Origin: Chthoniobacteraceae bacterium
GTDB taxonomy: Bacteria > Verrucomicrobiota > Verrucomicrobiia > Chthoniobacterales > Chthoniobacteraceae
Reading direction: 5' to 3'
Assembly: GCA_040081625.1 (NCBI GenBank)
Contig: JBEBGD010000035.1
Coordinates: 1-47,918 of the forward strand
Length of the DNA stretch: 47,918 nt
Below the pieces are notes generated by a model that saw nothing but the letters and a program-made list of their open reading frames with translations, was not told where the DNA came from and searched no databases. The number at the start of each line of letters is the position of its first letter. Within the stretch, counting starts at the first letter, position 1. Below are positions 8,355-17,621 of this stretch, in pieces. A program made the position numbers and the translations under genes.

Positions 8355-10688
8355 TCAGATCGCCGCGCGACGCAGCCGGAGCGCGTTGGCGACGACGGAG
8401 ACGGAGCTGAGGCTCATCGCGACTCCGGCGAGCATTGGGCTCAGCAGCAGGCCGAAGACGGGATAGAGCAGGCCGGCGGCGACCGGGATGCCGAGCGCGT
8501 TGTAGAGGAAGGCGAAGGCGAGGTTCTGCCGGATGTTTCGCAGCGTCGCGCGGCTGAGGTGAATCGCGCGCGCGATGCCGCGCAGGTCGCCTTTCACGAG
8601 CGTGATGCCGGCGGTCTGCATCGCCACGTCGGTGCCGGTGCCCATCGCGATGCCGACATCCGCCTCGGCGAGCGCGGGCGCGTCGTTCACGCCGTCGCCC
8701 GCCATCGCCACGTGCTCACCTCCAGCGCGCAGCGACCTCACTCGATCCAGCTTCGTCGCGGGAGTCGCGTCGGCTTCGACGGAATCAAGGCCGAGTTCGC
8801 GCGCGACGGCGTTCGCGGTGCGGGCGTTGTCGCCGGTGAGGACGAGGATTTTCAAGCCGAGCGCGTGTAGCTCGCGGATCGCCTCGCGCGTGCTGGCCTT
8901 GATCGGATCGGCGACAGCGACGACGCCCGCGGCCTTGCCGTCGAGCGCGACGAGCATCGCGGTCTGTCCGCGTTCCTGGAGCGTCGCCGCTTGATCCGCG
9001 AACGCGCCGGCGATGCCGCGCTCGTCGAGGAAGGCGGCGTTGCCGATCACGACTTCACGTCCGGCGACGCGTCCGACGACGCCGCGCCCGGTGACCGACT
9101 CGAAGGACTCGACAGCATCGAGCTTCAACCCGCGCTCCTGCGCCGCCTCGACGATCGCAGCGGCGAGCGGATGCTCACTCCCCCGCTCCACGCTCGCGAC
9201 GAGGCGCAGCAGTTCGTCGTCCGTGGGAATGATCTCCGTGAGCCGCGGACGGCCCTCGGTGAGCGTGCCGGTCTTGTCCACGACGACGGTCGTCACCTTC
9301 GCGAGCCGCTCGAGCGCCTCGGCGCTTTTGATAAGCACGCCCGCCTGCGCGCCGCGACCGACGCCGACCATGATGGACATCGGCGTCGCAAGACCGAGCG
9401 CGCACGGACACGCGATAATGAGCACGGCGACTGCATTCACGATCGCGTGTGCGAGACGCGGCTCAGGGCCGAGCGTGAGCCACAGCGCGAAGGTCAGCAC
9501 GGCGACTAAAAGGACGGCCGGAACGAAAAGCCCGGCGACGCGATCGGCGAGGCCTTGGATCGGTGCGCGGCTGCGCTGCGCTTCGCCGACGAGATGCACG
9601 ATGCGCGCGAGCAAAGTGTCACTTCCGACGCGGCTCGCCCGCATGACGAAGCCGCCGGTGCCGTTCACCGTGCCGCCGGTCACGGCATCGCCGGGCGCTT
9701 TCGCGACGGGCATCGACTCGCCGGTGATCATCGATTCATCGAGCGACGAACGGCCCTCGGTGATCTCGCCATCGACGGGCACCTTGTCGCCGGGCCGCAC
9801 GCGCAGCACGTCGCCGACGCTCACCTCGGAGAGCGGGATCTCCTCGTCGCCGCTATCGCGCACGCGACGCGCGATGGGTGGCGCGAGATCGAGCAGCGCC
9901 TTGATCGCGCTGCCGGTGCGCGCTCGGGCGCGAAGTTCGAGCACCTGCCCGACGAGCACGAGCACGATGATGACCGCCGCCGCCTCGAAGTAGATCGGCA
10001 CCGCGTCGTGATGCTGCTGCGGGAACAACTGCGGCGCGAGCATCGCGATCGCGCTGAAGACCCACGCGGCGCCGACGCCGATGGAGATGAGCGTCCACAT
10101 GTTGAAGTGCCGCGAGAGCAACGAGCGCCAGCCGCGGCGGAAGAACGGCGCGCCGGCCCACAGCACCACCGGCGTCGAGAGCGCGAACTGAACCCATCGC
10201 GACGGCGCGTTTTCGATGTGCAGCATCGCGAGCACAAAGACCGGCAGTGCAAGCGCAGCAGCGATCCACAGCCGCCGCGTCATCTCGCCCAGCTCGGCAT
10301 TCTCCTCGCCGGCGTCGGCCGCGACGGACTTGGCCTCGATCGCCATGCCGCACTTCGGGCAATCGCCCGGATGATCCTGCTGCACCTCCGGGTGCATCGG
10401 GCACGTGTAGATCGTGCGCGTGTCTGGCTGCCACGCGGGGTTGCGCTCCAGGGCCATGCCGCACTTCGGACAATCGCCGGGCACATCGGACTCAACGCCG
10501 GGGCACATCGGGCAGAAGTATTTCGCCGCCGACGACGGCTTCACGTCGCCGTGATGCTCGTGCCCGCCGCAGCAATCGTGTTTCTCCGGTTCGGGCCGAG
10601 GCTCAGGCGTGCAGCAACCAGCCTTCTTCCCGGGTTCGGTCGCTGCGCCACTGGCACAGCAGGAGTGATGGTCTGATTCGTCTATCAT
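8355..10688 (-). CDS. copA: Cu(I)-translocating P1B-type ATPase
   Basis: [39 protein letters not shown] and MxxSS motifs; two N-terminal CPM(C/H)P...CPKCGM metal-binding repeats after a Cys/His-rich leader. Start taken at ATG 10688 (MIDESDHH). Confidence 0.93.
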   Translation of the reverse strand: MIDESDHHSCCASGAATEPGKKAGCCTPEPRPEPEKHDCCGGHEHHGDVKPSSAAKYFCPMCPGVESDVPGDCPKCGMALERNPAWQPDTRTIYTCPMHPEVQQDHPGDCPKCGMAIEAKSVAADAGEENAELGEMTRRLWIAAALALPVFVLAMLHIENAPSRWVQFALSTPVVLWAGAPFFRRGWRSLLSRHFNMWTLISIGVGAAWVFSAIAMLAPQLFPQQHHDAVPIYFEAAAVIIVLVLVGQVLELRARARTGSAIKALLDLAPPIARRVRDSGDEEIPLSEVSVGDVLRVRPGDKVPVDGEITEGRSSLDESMITGESMPVAKAPGDAVTGGTVNGTGGFVMRASRVGSDTLLARIVHLVGEAQRSRAPIQGLADRVAGLFVPAVLLVAVLTFALWLTLGPEPRLAHAIVNAVAVLIIACPCALGLATPMSIMVGVGRGAQAGVLIKSAEALERLAKVTTVVVDKTGTLTEGRPRLTEIIPTDDELLRLVASVERGSEHPLAAAIVEAAQERGLKLDAVESFESVTGRGVVGRVAGREVVIGNAAFLDERGIAGAFADQAATLQERGQTAMLVALDGKAAGVVAVADPIKASTREAIRELHALGLKILVLTGDNARTANAVARELGLDSVEADATPATKLDRVRSLRAGGEHVAMAGDGVNDAPALAEADVGIAMGTGTDVAMQTAGITLVKGDLRGIARAIHLSRATLRNIRQNLAFAFLYNALGIPVAAGLLYPVFGLLLSPMLAGVAMSLSSVSVVANALRLRRAAI

Positions 10689-10730
10689 GGCAGTAGTTGG
10701 TCGTTGCAGGTGCAGCCGCACCAACCGGAG

Positions 10731-10829
10731 CACGCCAGCGGCGTGCTGGACATTAGCCGGGGGTAAAGCGCAGCGCCACCCCCGGAACCCGCCCCGCAGA
10801 ATCGATGCGCCCCGGCAGGGGCGCGGGAA
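10731..10829. repeat. REP-like multi-hairpin element, left copy (inverted relative to 14768-14875)
   Basis: Palindromes CACGCC-agc-GGCGTG, CCGGGGGT...ACCCCCGG and GCGCCCC-ggca-GGGGCGC; the reverse complement aligns with the right copy along its length. Confidence 0.9.
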
Positions 10830-10882
10830 GCGGGGAATCGCTGCTTTGCGCGAACGCGTGGGCGGGATTATTCACTTCCTCC

Positions 10883-13800
10883 ATGCCGGTCGCCGATCCT
10901 CTCTCGAAAACGCACCCGGAACTCGCTGCGCAGTGGCATCCGACGCGCAACGAGGGGCTCACGCCGGGGGATGTGCGGGCGAACAATCACAAGAAAGCGT
11001 GGTGGCGCTGTCCGAAAGACCCGCGACACGAATGGGAGGCGAAGGTCGGACACCGAACTCGCTACGGCCACGGTTGTCCATATTGCTCGGGGCGGAGGAC
11101 GATGTCTGGCGAAACGCTTGCTGCGCTTTTTCCGCTCATCGCCGCCGAATGGCATCCATCCAAGAACGGAACGCTCCGTCCGGACGCGATCTCGCCCGGA
11201 TCGAACAAAATGATTTGGTGGCGGTGCTCAACAAATCCAGAGCATGAGTGGCGAACGACTGGAGTTCGTCGGACTCGTGATCGGTCGGGTTGCCCGTTCT
11301 GTTCTGGGCGGCGGCTCACAACAGAAAACTCGTTTGGTGGGCGATTTCCGCAGGTGGCTGGTCAGTGGCACCCCACGAGAATCGGCGACGCGAAGCCGAC
11401 AGATTTCGCCGCGAGCAGCAACGAGCGTGTGTGGTGGCTTTGTCCGAAAAACCAAGACCACGAGTGGCGCTCGAAGATTCGCTCTCGAGCACAGTTCCCG
11501 GAGCTTGGGTGTCCGGTTTGCGCAAGACAGCGCAACATAGCGGAGCCACGCCTGCCCCTCACGACTTCGCATCCAGCATTGGTAAAGGAATGGCACCCGA
11601 CGAAGAACACAGCGCTGCCCGGCAGCCTGACTGCGGGTTCGACGATGAAGGTATGGTGGCAATGCTTGCGGGATTCGACGCACGAATGGCCGAGCACGGT
11701 TTCCAACCGCGCGTTGCGTGGCAACGGCTGTCCATTCTGTGCGAATCAATCAGCTGATTCGACAAATTCCCTCGCGGCGCTGTTCCCGAAGATTGCGGCT
11801 CAATGGCACCCAGAGAAGAACGGTGCGCTCACGCCCGAGAAGGTCACGCCGGGCAGTTCTCGGAAGATTTGGTGGCGTTGTTCGATGGATCCGTCACACG
11901 AATGGGAAGCTAGGATTCAGCCCAGAACGAAGCGCGGGACTGGTTGTCCCTTCTGCGCGTTTGCACTCACGCACGAGAAATCGTTGGCTGCTGTCTCCCC
12001 GAGCCTCGCGTTGCAATTCCATTCGACCAAGAACGGCGACCTCACTGCGGAAACTGTTCTCGCGGGTTCCGCGCGCAAAGTGTGGTGGCAGTGTGAAAAT
12101 GACCCGACTCATGTGTGGAAGGCGCAGATCAAGAATCGCGTCCGTCTCGGCGGTGGATGCCCAAAATGCCGGGTCGGGTGGACTCTTCCCGCCGTTCGCG
12201 CCTTCGTCGATGGGCTGAAGCATCACCTTCACACATTTACGCCCGCCGAGCTGTATGTGCTTTTTCAGCAGAACGGCTTGCTCGGCGGACAGCGCGACTC
12301 TCAAGCGTTCCTCGATGCGCTGGCGACGGGGAGATTTCCATTCGGAGAGATCGAGAAGTTTTGCCGCGGCGAGAAGTCGTTGGTGGACAGGTTCCTCGCG
12401 GACCAATCGGCGACGCTTGAAAACCTGACGGGCGCGACGGCATCTGGTGAGGAGCAGCAGGGTGAGTTGGGCTTCGCGGGCGAGGCGGAGGCAGAGGAGG
12501 CGGCGTTGCCGGCGGTGGAGACGGTGGATGTGCTGCGGTCGCTGCAATCGGCGGTGGTGGTGTCGGCGGATCAGGAGGTGGTGGAGTTTCTTGTCGCGTC
12601 GGCGCTGGCGAAGATTTGGAGGCACGCGTTTCGCGATGAAGCGGCGGCACTGGCGCAAGCGCGCGGGTTTACGGGCGATGCTTACGCCGATCGGGTGCGC
12701 ACGGATTTTCTCGCGGAGCACGAGCGCGCGGCGGGGCTGCCGATTCCGGCAGGCTATGCGTTCGCCGTGGATGGCGTGACCGCTTTGCCGAACCTGATGC
12801 AGCGGCTCACGGCGGCGCGCGTGTTGCATCGGCGGCGCGTCGGCAACTGGTCGGGCACCGGCGCGGGCAAAACGCTCTCCGCCGTGCTCGCGAGTCGCGC
12901 GGTGGATGCGCGGCTGACGGTGGTGTGCTGCCCGAACAGTGTCGTCGAAGGTTGGCGCGCGGCGATTCTCGCGAGCTTTCCCCACAGCGTCGTCGGCACA
13001 AAGACATTCGCGCCGGATTGGGCCGCGCTCGCGGGCGACGCGACGGGCTTCGGCTCGACGCCGGGGCACCGCTACCTCGTGTTGAACTACGAGATGTTCC
13101 AGCAGGACGACTCGGAGGCGAAGGTGCGGGACTTTGCCGAGGCGGAGACGGCGGACTTCATCGTCGTGGACGAGGTCCATTTCACCAAGCAGCGGACGGC
13201 GGAGAATCTCTCGCGGCGCAAGCGGCTCGTCTCCGCGCTCATCGCGCTCGCCGGGGCGAAGCAGCCGCAGCTTTGCGTGCTCGGAATGTCGGCGACCCCG
13301 GTTATCAACAACCTGCAGGAAGGCCGGAGCCTCGTGGAGATGATCAGCGGCCTGGAGCATCCCGACATCGAGACGCGCCCGACGGTGGCGAACTGCATGA
13401 AGCTGCATCAGCGGCTCGTGTCGCTCGGCACGCGCTGGGTGCCGAAATACGACGCCGAACTGGAGCAGTGTGAGGTGCCGATTGATTGCGGCGACGCGAT
13501 CGAGGAAATCCGGGCGCTCGGCCGCGCCGGTTCGCCGCTGGCACTGGAGCAGATTCTCACGCGCGTGCGGCTGCCAATCATCCGGCGCGAAGTGCGACGG
13601 AAGACGCTGCTTTACACCCATTACCTGCAAGGCATCGAAGGGCCGCTGCGCGATGCGCTCACCGCCGACGGCTGGCGCGTGGGCTTTTTCACCGGCGACG
13701 ACAAGAGCGGGCTCGACGGCTTCCTGCGCGGCGACGTGGACGTGCTCATCGGCTCCAGCGCGATCGGCACGGGCGTGGACGGACTCCAGGATGTCTGCGA

Positions 13801-14767
13801 GCGGCTCATCGTGAACGTGCTGCCGTGGACGAACGCGGAGTTTGAGCAGCTCAAGGGACGCATCTACCGGCAGGGCCAGCGCGCGGCGAAAGTGACGGTA
13901 GTGCTGCCGCTCACGTTTGCGTCGGTGAATGGCGAGCGCTGGTCGTGGTGCGAATCGAAGATGCGGCGGTTGAAGTTCAAGAAGTCCATCGCTGATGCCG
14001 CGGTGGATGGCGTGGTGCCCGAAGGGCACCTGCGTTCGCCCGCGCAGGCGTATGTGGATGTGATGGGCTGGCTCGGGCGGCTGACGACCGGCGAGGTTGA
14101 AGTGGTGAGCCGCATGCCGATTGCCATCGCACTTTCACCGGACGCCGCGGAAGCCGAGCGGCGCACCCGGAGCTACGGCGATTTGTCGGCGATGAACAAT
14201 CGTTGGAATCAGACGAACAGTGCGAAGACCGCCGAACGGTTGCAGCTCAATCCCAATGAATGGGCGCACTACCATACGCTCTACCGCGAGGCGCGGAACA
14301 CGTGGGCGGTGGTGCCATTCGAGGAGGTGATCCGCTGGGCGGAAAAGCGCAGCGGATACGTGATTGGCGATTTCGGCTGCGGCGAAGCGAGGCTCGCGAC
14401 TGCGCTCGCGGATCGGCACACCGTCCACAGCTTCGACTACGTCGCCGCCAACGAAGACGTGATCGCGTGCGACATGGCGCATGTGCCGATGGATGAGGAA
14501 GCGCTCGACGTGGCTGTCTTCTCGCTGTCGCTCATGGGTGCGAATTTCACCGACTATCTGCGCGAAGCGTGGCGGCTGCTAAAACTCGACGGGCATCTGC
14601 ACATCTATGAGGCCACCTCGCGGTTCACAGATCGGAACGGGTTTGCGGATGGATTGAAGCGACTCGGGTTTTCCGTCGTGACGATCGAGGACGCATGGAA
14701 GTTCACACATATCCATGCACTGAAGGTTGACCTGACGCCGGACGCAGGCTTGGGACTCGCGTTCTAG
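10883..14767 (+). CDS. Fusion protein: 6x zinc ribbon (DUF4379-like) + SF2 helicase/ATPase + Rrp8/nucleomethylin-like SAM methyltransferase
   Basis: Six P-x-x-(A/V)-x-(Q/E)-(W/F)H...WWxC...H(E/V)W...GCPxC repeats; Walker A GTGAGKT (12854-12874), DEVH (13169-13180), SATP, IGTGVDGLQ, QLKGRIYRQGQ; C-terminal YHTLYREARNTW...GDFGCGEARLA...VHSFD...IACDMAHVP...LDVAVFSLSLMG. Start taken at ATG 10883 because the upstream ATG lies inside the repeat. Confidence 0.88.
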   Translation: MPVADPLSKTHPELAAQWHPTRNEGLTPGDVRANNHKKAWWRCPKDPRHEWEAKVGHRTRYGHGCPYCSGRRTMSGETLAALFPLIAAEWHPSKNGTLRPDAISPGSNKMIWWRCSTNPEHEWRTTGVRRTRDRSGCPFCSGRRLTTENSFGGRFPQVAGQWHPTRIGDAKPTDFAASSNERVWWLCPKNQDHEWRSKIRSRAQFPELGCPVCARQRNIAEPRLPLTTSHPALVKEWHPTKNTALPGSLTAGSTMKVWWQCLRDSTHEWPSTVSNRALRGNGCPFCANQSADSTNSLAALFPKIAAQWHPEKNGALTPEKVTPGSSRKIWWRCSMDPSHEWEARIQPRTKRGTGCPFCAFALTHEKSLAAVSPSLALQFHSTKNGDLTAETVLAGSARKVWWQCENDPTHVWKAQIKNRVRLGGGCPKCRVGWTLPAVRAFVDGLKHHLHTFTPAELYVLFQQNGLLGGQRDSQAFLDALATGRFPFGEIEKFCRGEKSLVDRFLADQSATLENLTGATASGEEQQGELGFAGEAEAEEAALPAVETVDVLRSLQSAVVVSADQEVVEFLVASALAKIWRHAFRDEAAALAQARGFTGDAYADRVRTDFLAEHERAAGLPIPAGYAFAVDGVTALPNLMQRLTAARVLHRRRVGNWSGTGAGKTLSAVLASRAVDARLTVVCCPNSVVEGWRAAILASFPHSVVGTKTFAPDWAALAGDATGFGSTPGHRYLVLNYEMFQQDDSEAKVRDFAEAETADFIVVDEVHFTKQRTAENLSRRKRLVSALIALAGAKQPQLCVLGMSATPVINNLQEGRSLVEMISGLEHPDIETRPTVANCMKLHQRLVSLGTRWVPKYDAELEQCEVPIDCGDAIEEIRALGRAGSPLALEQILTRVRLPIIRREVRRKTLLYTHYLQGIEGPLRDALTADGWRVGFFTGDDKSGLDGFLRGDVDVLIGSSAIGTGVDGLQDVCERLIVNVLPWTNAEFEQLKGRIYRQGQRAAKVTVVLPLTFASVNGERWSWCESKMRRLKFKKSIADAAVDGVVPEGHLRSPAQAYVDVMGWLGRLTTGEVEVVSRMPIAIALSPDAAEAERRTRSYGDLSAMNNRWNQTNSAKTAERLQLNPNEWAHYHTLYREARNTWAVVPFEEVIRWAEKRSGYVIGDFGCGEARLATALADRHTVHSFDYVAANEDVIACDMAHVPMDEEALDVAVFSLSLMGANFTDYLREAWRLLKLDGHLHIYEATSRFTDRNGFADGLKRLGFSVVTIEDAWKFTHIHALKVDLTPDAGLGLAF

Positions 14768-14875
14768 TTCCCGCGCCCCTGCCGGGGCGCATGGATTTTG
14801 TGGGGCGGGGTTCCGGGGGTGGTCGCTCGCTGGCTCGCTCGACCCCCGGCTAATTTCCGTCACGCCTCCGGCGTG
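14768..14875. repeat. REP-like multi-hairpin element, right copy
   Basis: Starts on the base after the TAG stop. The first 25 nt (ttcccgcgcccctgccggggcgcat) are an exact reverse complement of 10805-10829; it also shares ttccgggggtgg, acccccggctaat and cacgcc-nnn-ggcgtg. Confidence 0.9.
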
Positions 14876-14930
14876 GTGTTGATTGCCGCCGTCGCTTTTC
14901 GCGGGATGGGCGACGCAAAGTGGAACGTCT

Positions 14931-15578
14931 TCACGATGGCGGTGAGGTTGTCGCGCGAACGGCGATGGGCCCTGCGATCCACCAATCGCTGTGCAGCAAT
15001 CCCCAGTCGAACACGCGGCGCTCGCGCAGCATGAAGCCGTGGCGTTCCAGAAATGCGTCAGGCGGCGCGATCTGCGTGGCGTCGATGTGCGTGGTCCAGC
15101 GGAAGAATCGATAGAGCGCCCAGACGAGCAGCTTTGCGTGCCACCGCACGGGCTCGCGGAAATCTGCGACGAGCCAGGTCGCGTCGCATGTCGCTGACTT
15201 GGCCAGCGTCGCGATGAGCGGGTCGAGTTGCGCCGGGGTGAAGCAGTCGAGGAGGAAGCTCGTGGCAATCAGGTCGAAGTGATCGCGAGGCGGATTCCAT
15301 TCGAGAAGATCCGCATGGATGAACTCGACCTGCTCGCATCGGCCGACCGCGCCGCGCGCCTCGCGAAGCATCGCGGCGCTCGCGTCCACGACGGTGACTT
15401 GCGCGTGTGGATGATGGCGCAGCAAGTCGAACAGAAAGCGCCCGTGACCTTCGCCGGGCAGCAGCACGCGGCGTGGAGCGACGCGGTCTAGGAACGCGAC
15501 GCGGCAGCGGTGCAGCGCGCGGCCAGCAAACGCGCGCTCCATCCAGCGGTAGTGCGGGGCGAGGCGGTCGAAGTTCAT
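14931..15578 (-). CDS. Class I SAM-dependent methyltransferase
   Basis: MNFDRLAPHYRWME start; VLLPGEGHGRF SAM loop, VVDASAAML, DLIATSFLLDCF, WLVADF. Confidence 0.85.
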   Translation of the reverse strand: MNFDRLAPHYRWMERAFAGRALHRCRVAFLDRVAPRRVLLPGEGHGRFLFDLLRHHPHAQVTVVDASAAMLREARGAVGRCEQVEFIHADLLEWNPPRDHFDLIATSFLLDCFTPAQLDPLIATLAKSATCDATWLVADFREPVRWHAKLLVWALYRFFRWTTHIDATQIAPPDAFLERHGFMLRERRVFDWGLLHSDWWIAGPIAVRATTSPPS

Positions 15579-15619
15579 GGCTTGCGCACGGCGTGAAACC
15601 CACCCATGGACGCGCCCCA

Positions 15620-16015
15620 ATGCGTTTGCCAATGCTGATCCTCCTGCTTGCGTCGCCGATGCTGTGCGCCGGCGAGGTTGCGTTCAAACTGAGCCTGAGC
15701 ACCGGCGGGCGCGAGGAGGTGCGCGAGGTGCAGCGCATCGCGCTGTCGCTGCCGAAGGGCAACGCGGTGTCGGCGAAGTGGGAAGGGCACATCGTGACCG
15801 CGCGGCGCGGCGAGGTGGTCTTCACCGCGAAGGTGCGCGGCGTCTTCAAGGTCACGATCAATGGCCGATTGCTCCTCGAGGGCGCGGGCGACAGCATCGC
15901 GCAGTCGATGGACAAGGGCGTGATGCTCGAGGCGGGCGCGAATCAACTCGTCGCGGAGTTTCACAGCGACGGCACCGAGGACGCCGTGGTGGAGCTGGAC
16001 TGGAAGCCGCGATGA
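15620..16015 (+). CDS. Small secreted beta-rich protein (PA14-like, tentative)
   Basis: Signal peptide MRLPMLILLLASPMLCA; host-like codon usage; ATGA overlap with the next gene. Confidence 0.65.
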   Translation: MRLPMLILLLASPMLCAGEVAFKLSLSTGGREEVREVQRIALSLPKGNAVSAKWEGHIVTARRGEVVFTAKVRGVFKVTINGRLLLEGAGDSIAQSMDKGVMLEAGANQLVAEFHSDGTEDAVVELDWKPR

Positions 16016-16557
16016 ATCTACCCGAGATAATCCGCACGCCGCGCCTGCGGCTGCGCAAGCCGCTGATCGAGGACGCGCACGAAGTTTTCCGCAACTACGC
16101 CAGCGACCCCGAAGCGACGCGCTTCCTCGCTTTCACAACTCATCGCAAGGTCGAAGACGCGTTCGAGGCGATGCTCACGCGGCTCGCGCATTGGGAGCAA
16201 GGGACCGAGTTCTCGTGGTCGATCACGCCGCCCGGCGACAGTCCGCGCGTGATGGGGATGATCTCCGCTTCACCCGATGCGCGCCGGGGGTGGTGCTGGT
16301 CGCTCGGCTACACGCTCGGCCGCGAATGGTGGGACCAGGGCTTCATGACCGAAGCGGTGCGCGCCGTCACCGCGCAGATCTTCTCGAATCCCGGTGTGCT
16401 GCGCGTGTGGGCGTGGGTGGATGAGGAAAACTACGCGTCGATGCGCGTGCTCGAGAAGTCGGGCTTCGCGCGCGAAGGCATCCTGCGCCGTTGGTCGCTG
16501 CACCCGCAGATGGGCGCGACGCCGCGGGATTGCTGGGCGTTTTCGATCCTGCGCTAG
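16012..16557 (+). CDS. GNAT N-acetyltransferase, RimJ/RimL family
   Basis: [48 protein letters not shown] 16012 overlaps the upstream stop. Confidence 0.9.
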   Translation: MNLPEIIRTPRLRLRKPLIEDAHEVFRNYASDPEATRFLAFTTHRKVEDAFEAMLTRLAHWEQGTEFSWSITPPGDSPRVMGMISASPDARRGWCWSLGYTLGREWWDQGFMTEAVRAVTAQIFSNPGVLRVWAWVDEENYASMRVLEKSGFAREGILRRWSLHPQMGATPRDCWAFSILR

Positions 16558-17543
16558 CTGAGCAACTCGGCGACCATCGACCTTTCCTCGACCAGTTCCG
16601 CGACCGACGCGTCGATCTTGCCGCGACTGAAAGGAGTGATCGGCACCCACTTCGCGATCTCCCAACCGCCGTCGTGCGTGGTGCGGATCGGGTAGGAGCA
16701 GATGATGCCGGCCGGCGTTTCGTATTCGCCGCGCGAGCAGACCGACACGCTGTGCCAGTCGCCCTCGGGCGTGGGCGTGGTGAGCGAGCGCACGGTATCG
16801 ACCACCGCATTCGCCGCGCTCGCCGCCGAGGACGCACCGCGCGCCTTGATGATCGCCGACCCGCGCTGCTGCACCGTGGCGAGGAATTCCCCCTCGAGCC
16901 ACGCGTGATCGTGGATGATCTCCGTCACCGCGTCGCCGTGGATGCGCGCGTTGTGGAAATCCGGGAACATCGTCGGCGAGTGGTTGCCCCACACGGCGAG
17001 ATTGGTCACCTCGGTCACGTCCACGCCGGCCTTGCGCGCGAGCTGCGTCTTGGCGCGGTTCTCGTCGAGCCGCGTCATCGCAAACCAGCGCTCCGCCGGC
17101 ACGGCCTTCGCGTGGTTCATCGCGATGAGGCAATTGGTATTGCACGGGTTGCCGACCACGAGCACGCGCACGTCGCCCGCCGCATTGCGCGCGATCGCTT
17201 CGCCCTGGCCGGTGAAAATCTTTCCGTTGATGCCGAGCAGATCCTTGCGCTCCATGCCCTGCTTGCGCGGCACCGAGCCGACGAGCAGCGCCCAGTTCAC
17301 GCCGCGGAAACCTTCATCGAGCGAGCTGGTCGCCACGATGCCCTTGAGCAGCGGGAAGGCGCAGTCGTCGAGTTCCATGACGACGCCGCCGAGCGCCGGG
17401 AGCGCGGGCTCGATCTCGATGAGGTGCAGGATGACGGGCTGGTCCGGCCCGAACATCGCGCCGGAGGCGATGCGAAAAAGAAGGGAGTAGCCGATCTGGC
17501 CGGCGGCTCCGGTGACTGCGACGCGGATGGGTGATTTGGACAT
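16554..17543 (-). CDS. mdh: Malate dehydrogenase
   Basis: [60 protein letters not shown]. Start ATG 17543. Confidence 0.97.
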   Translation of the reverse strand: MSKSPIRVAVTGAAGQIGYSLLFRIASGAMFGPDQPVILHLIEIEPALPALGGVVMELDDCAFPLLKGIVATSSLDEGFRGVNWALLVGSVPRKQGMERKDLLGINGKIFTGQGEAIARNAAGDVRVLVVGNPCNTNCLIAMNHAKAVPAERWFAMTRLDENRAKTQLARKAGVDVTEVTNLAVWGNHSPTMFPDFHNARIHGDAVTEIIHDHAWLEGEFLATVQQRGSAIIKARGASSAASAANAVVDTVRSLTTPTPEGDWHSVSVCSRGEYETPAGIICSYPIRTTHDGGWEIAKWVPITPFSRGKIDASVAELVEERSMVAELLS

Positions 17544-17566
17544 AGGTGCGGTGGAAAAGGGCGCGC

Positions 17567-17594
17567 ATCGTAGCGACACCGCGCCGCGCCGCAA
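17567..17594 (-). promoter_or_regulatory. Putative sigma70 promoter of mdh
   Basis: Minus strand TTGCGG-N16-TACGAT. Confidence 0.5.
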
Positions 17595-17621
17595 GCCCGC
17601 TCCGGCTTCGCGAGTCGCCGC

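Noticed and set aside
10883..14767. Calling the fusion a Type I/III/ISP restriction-modification enzyme
   Set aside because: No amino-methyltransferase NPPY/DPPY motif, no recognisable PD-(D/E)xK, HNH or PLD nuclease, and no partner subunits; the methyltransferase resembles Rrp8.
14931..15578. Neighbouring SAM methyltransferase as a second component of the helicase system
   Set aside because: Convergent orientation, outside the inverted repeats, host-like codon usage and a small-molecule-type methyltransferase sequence.
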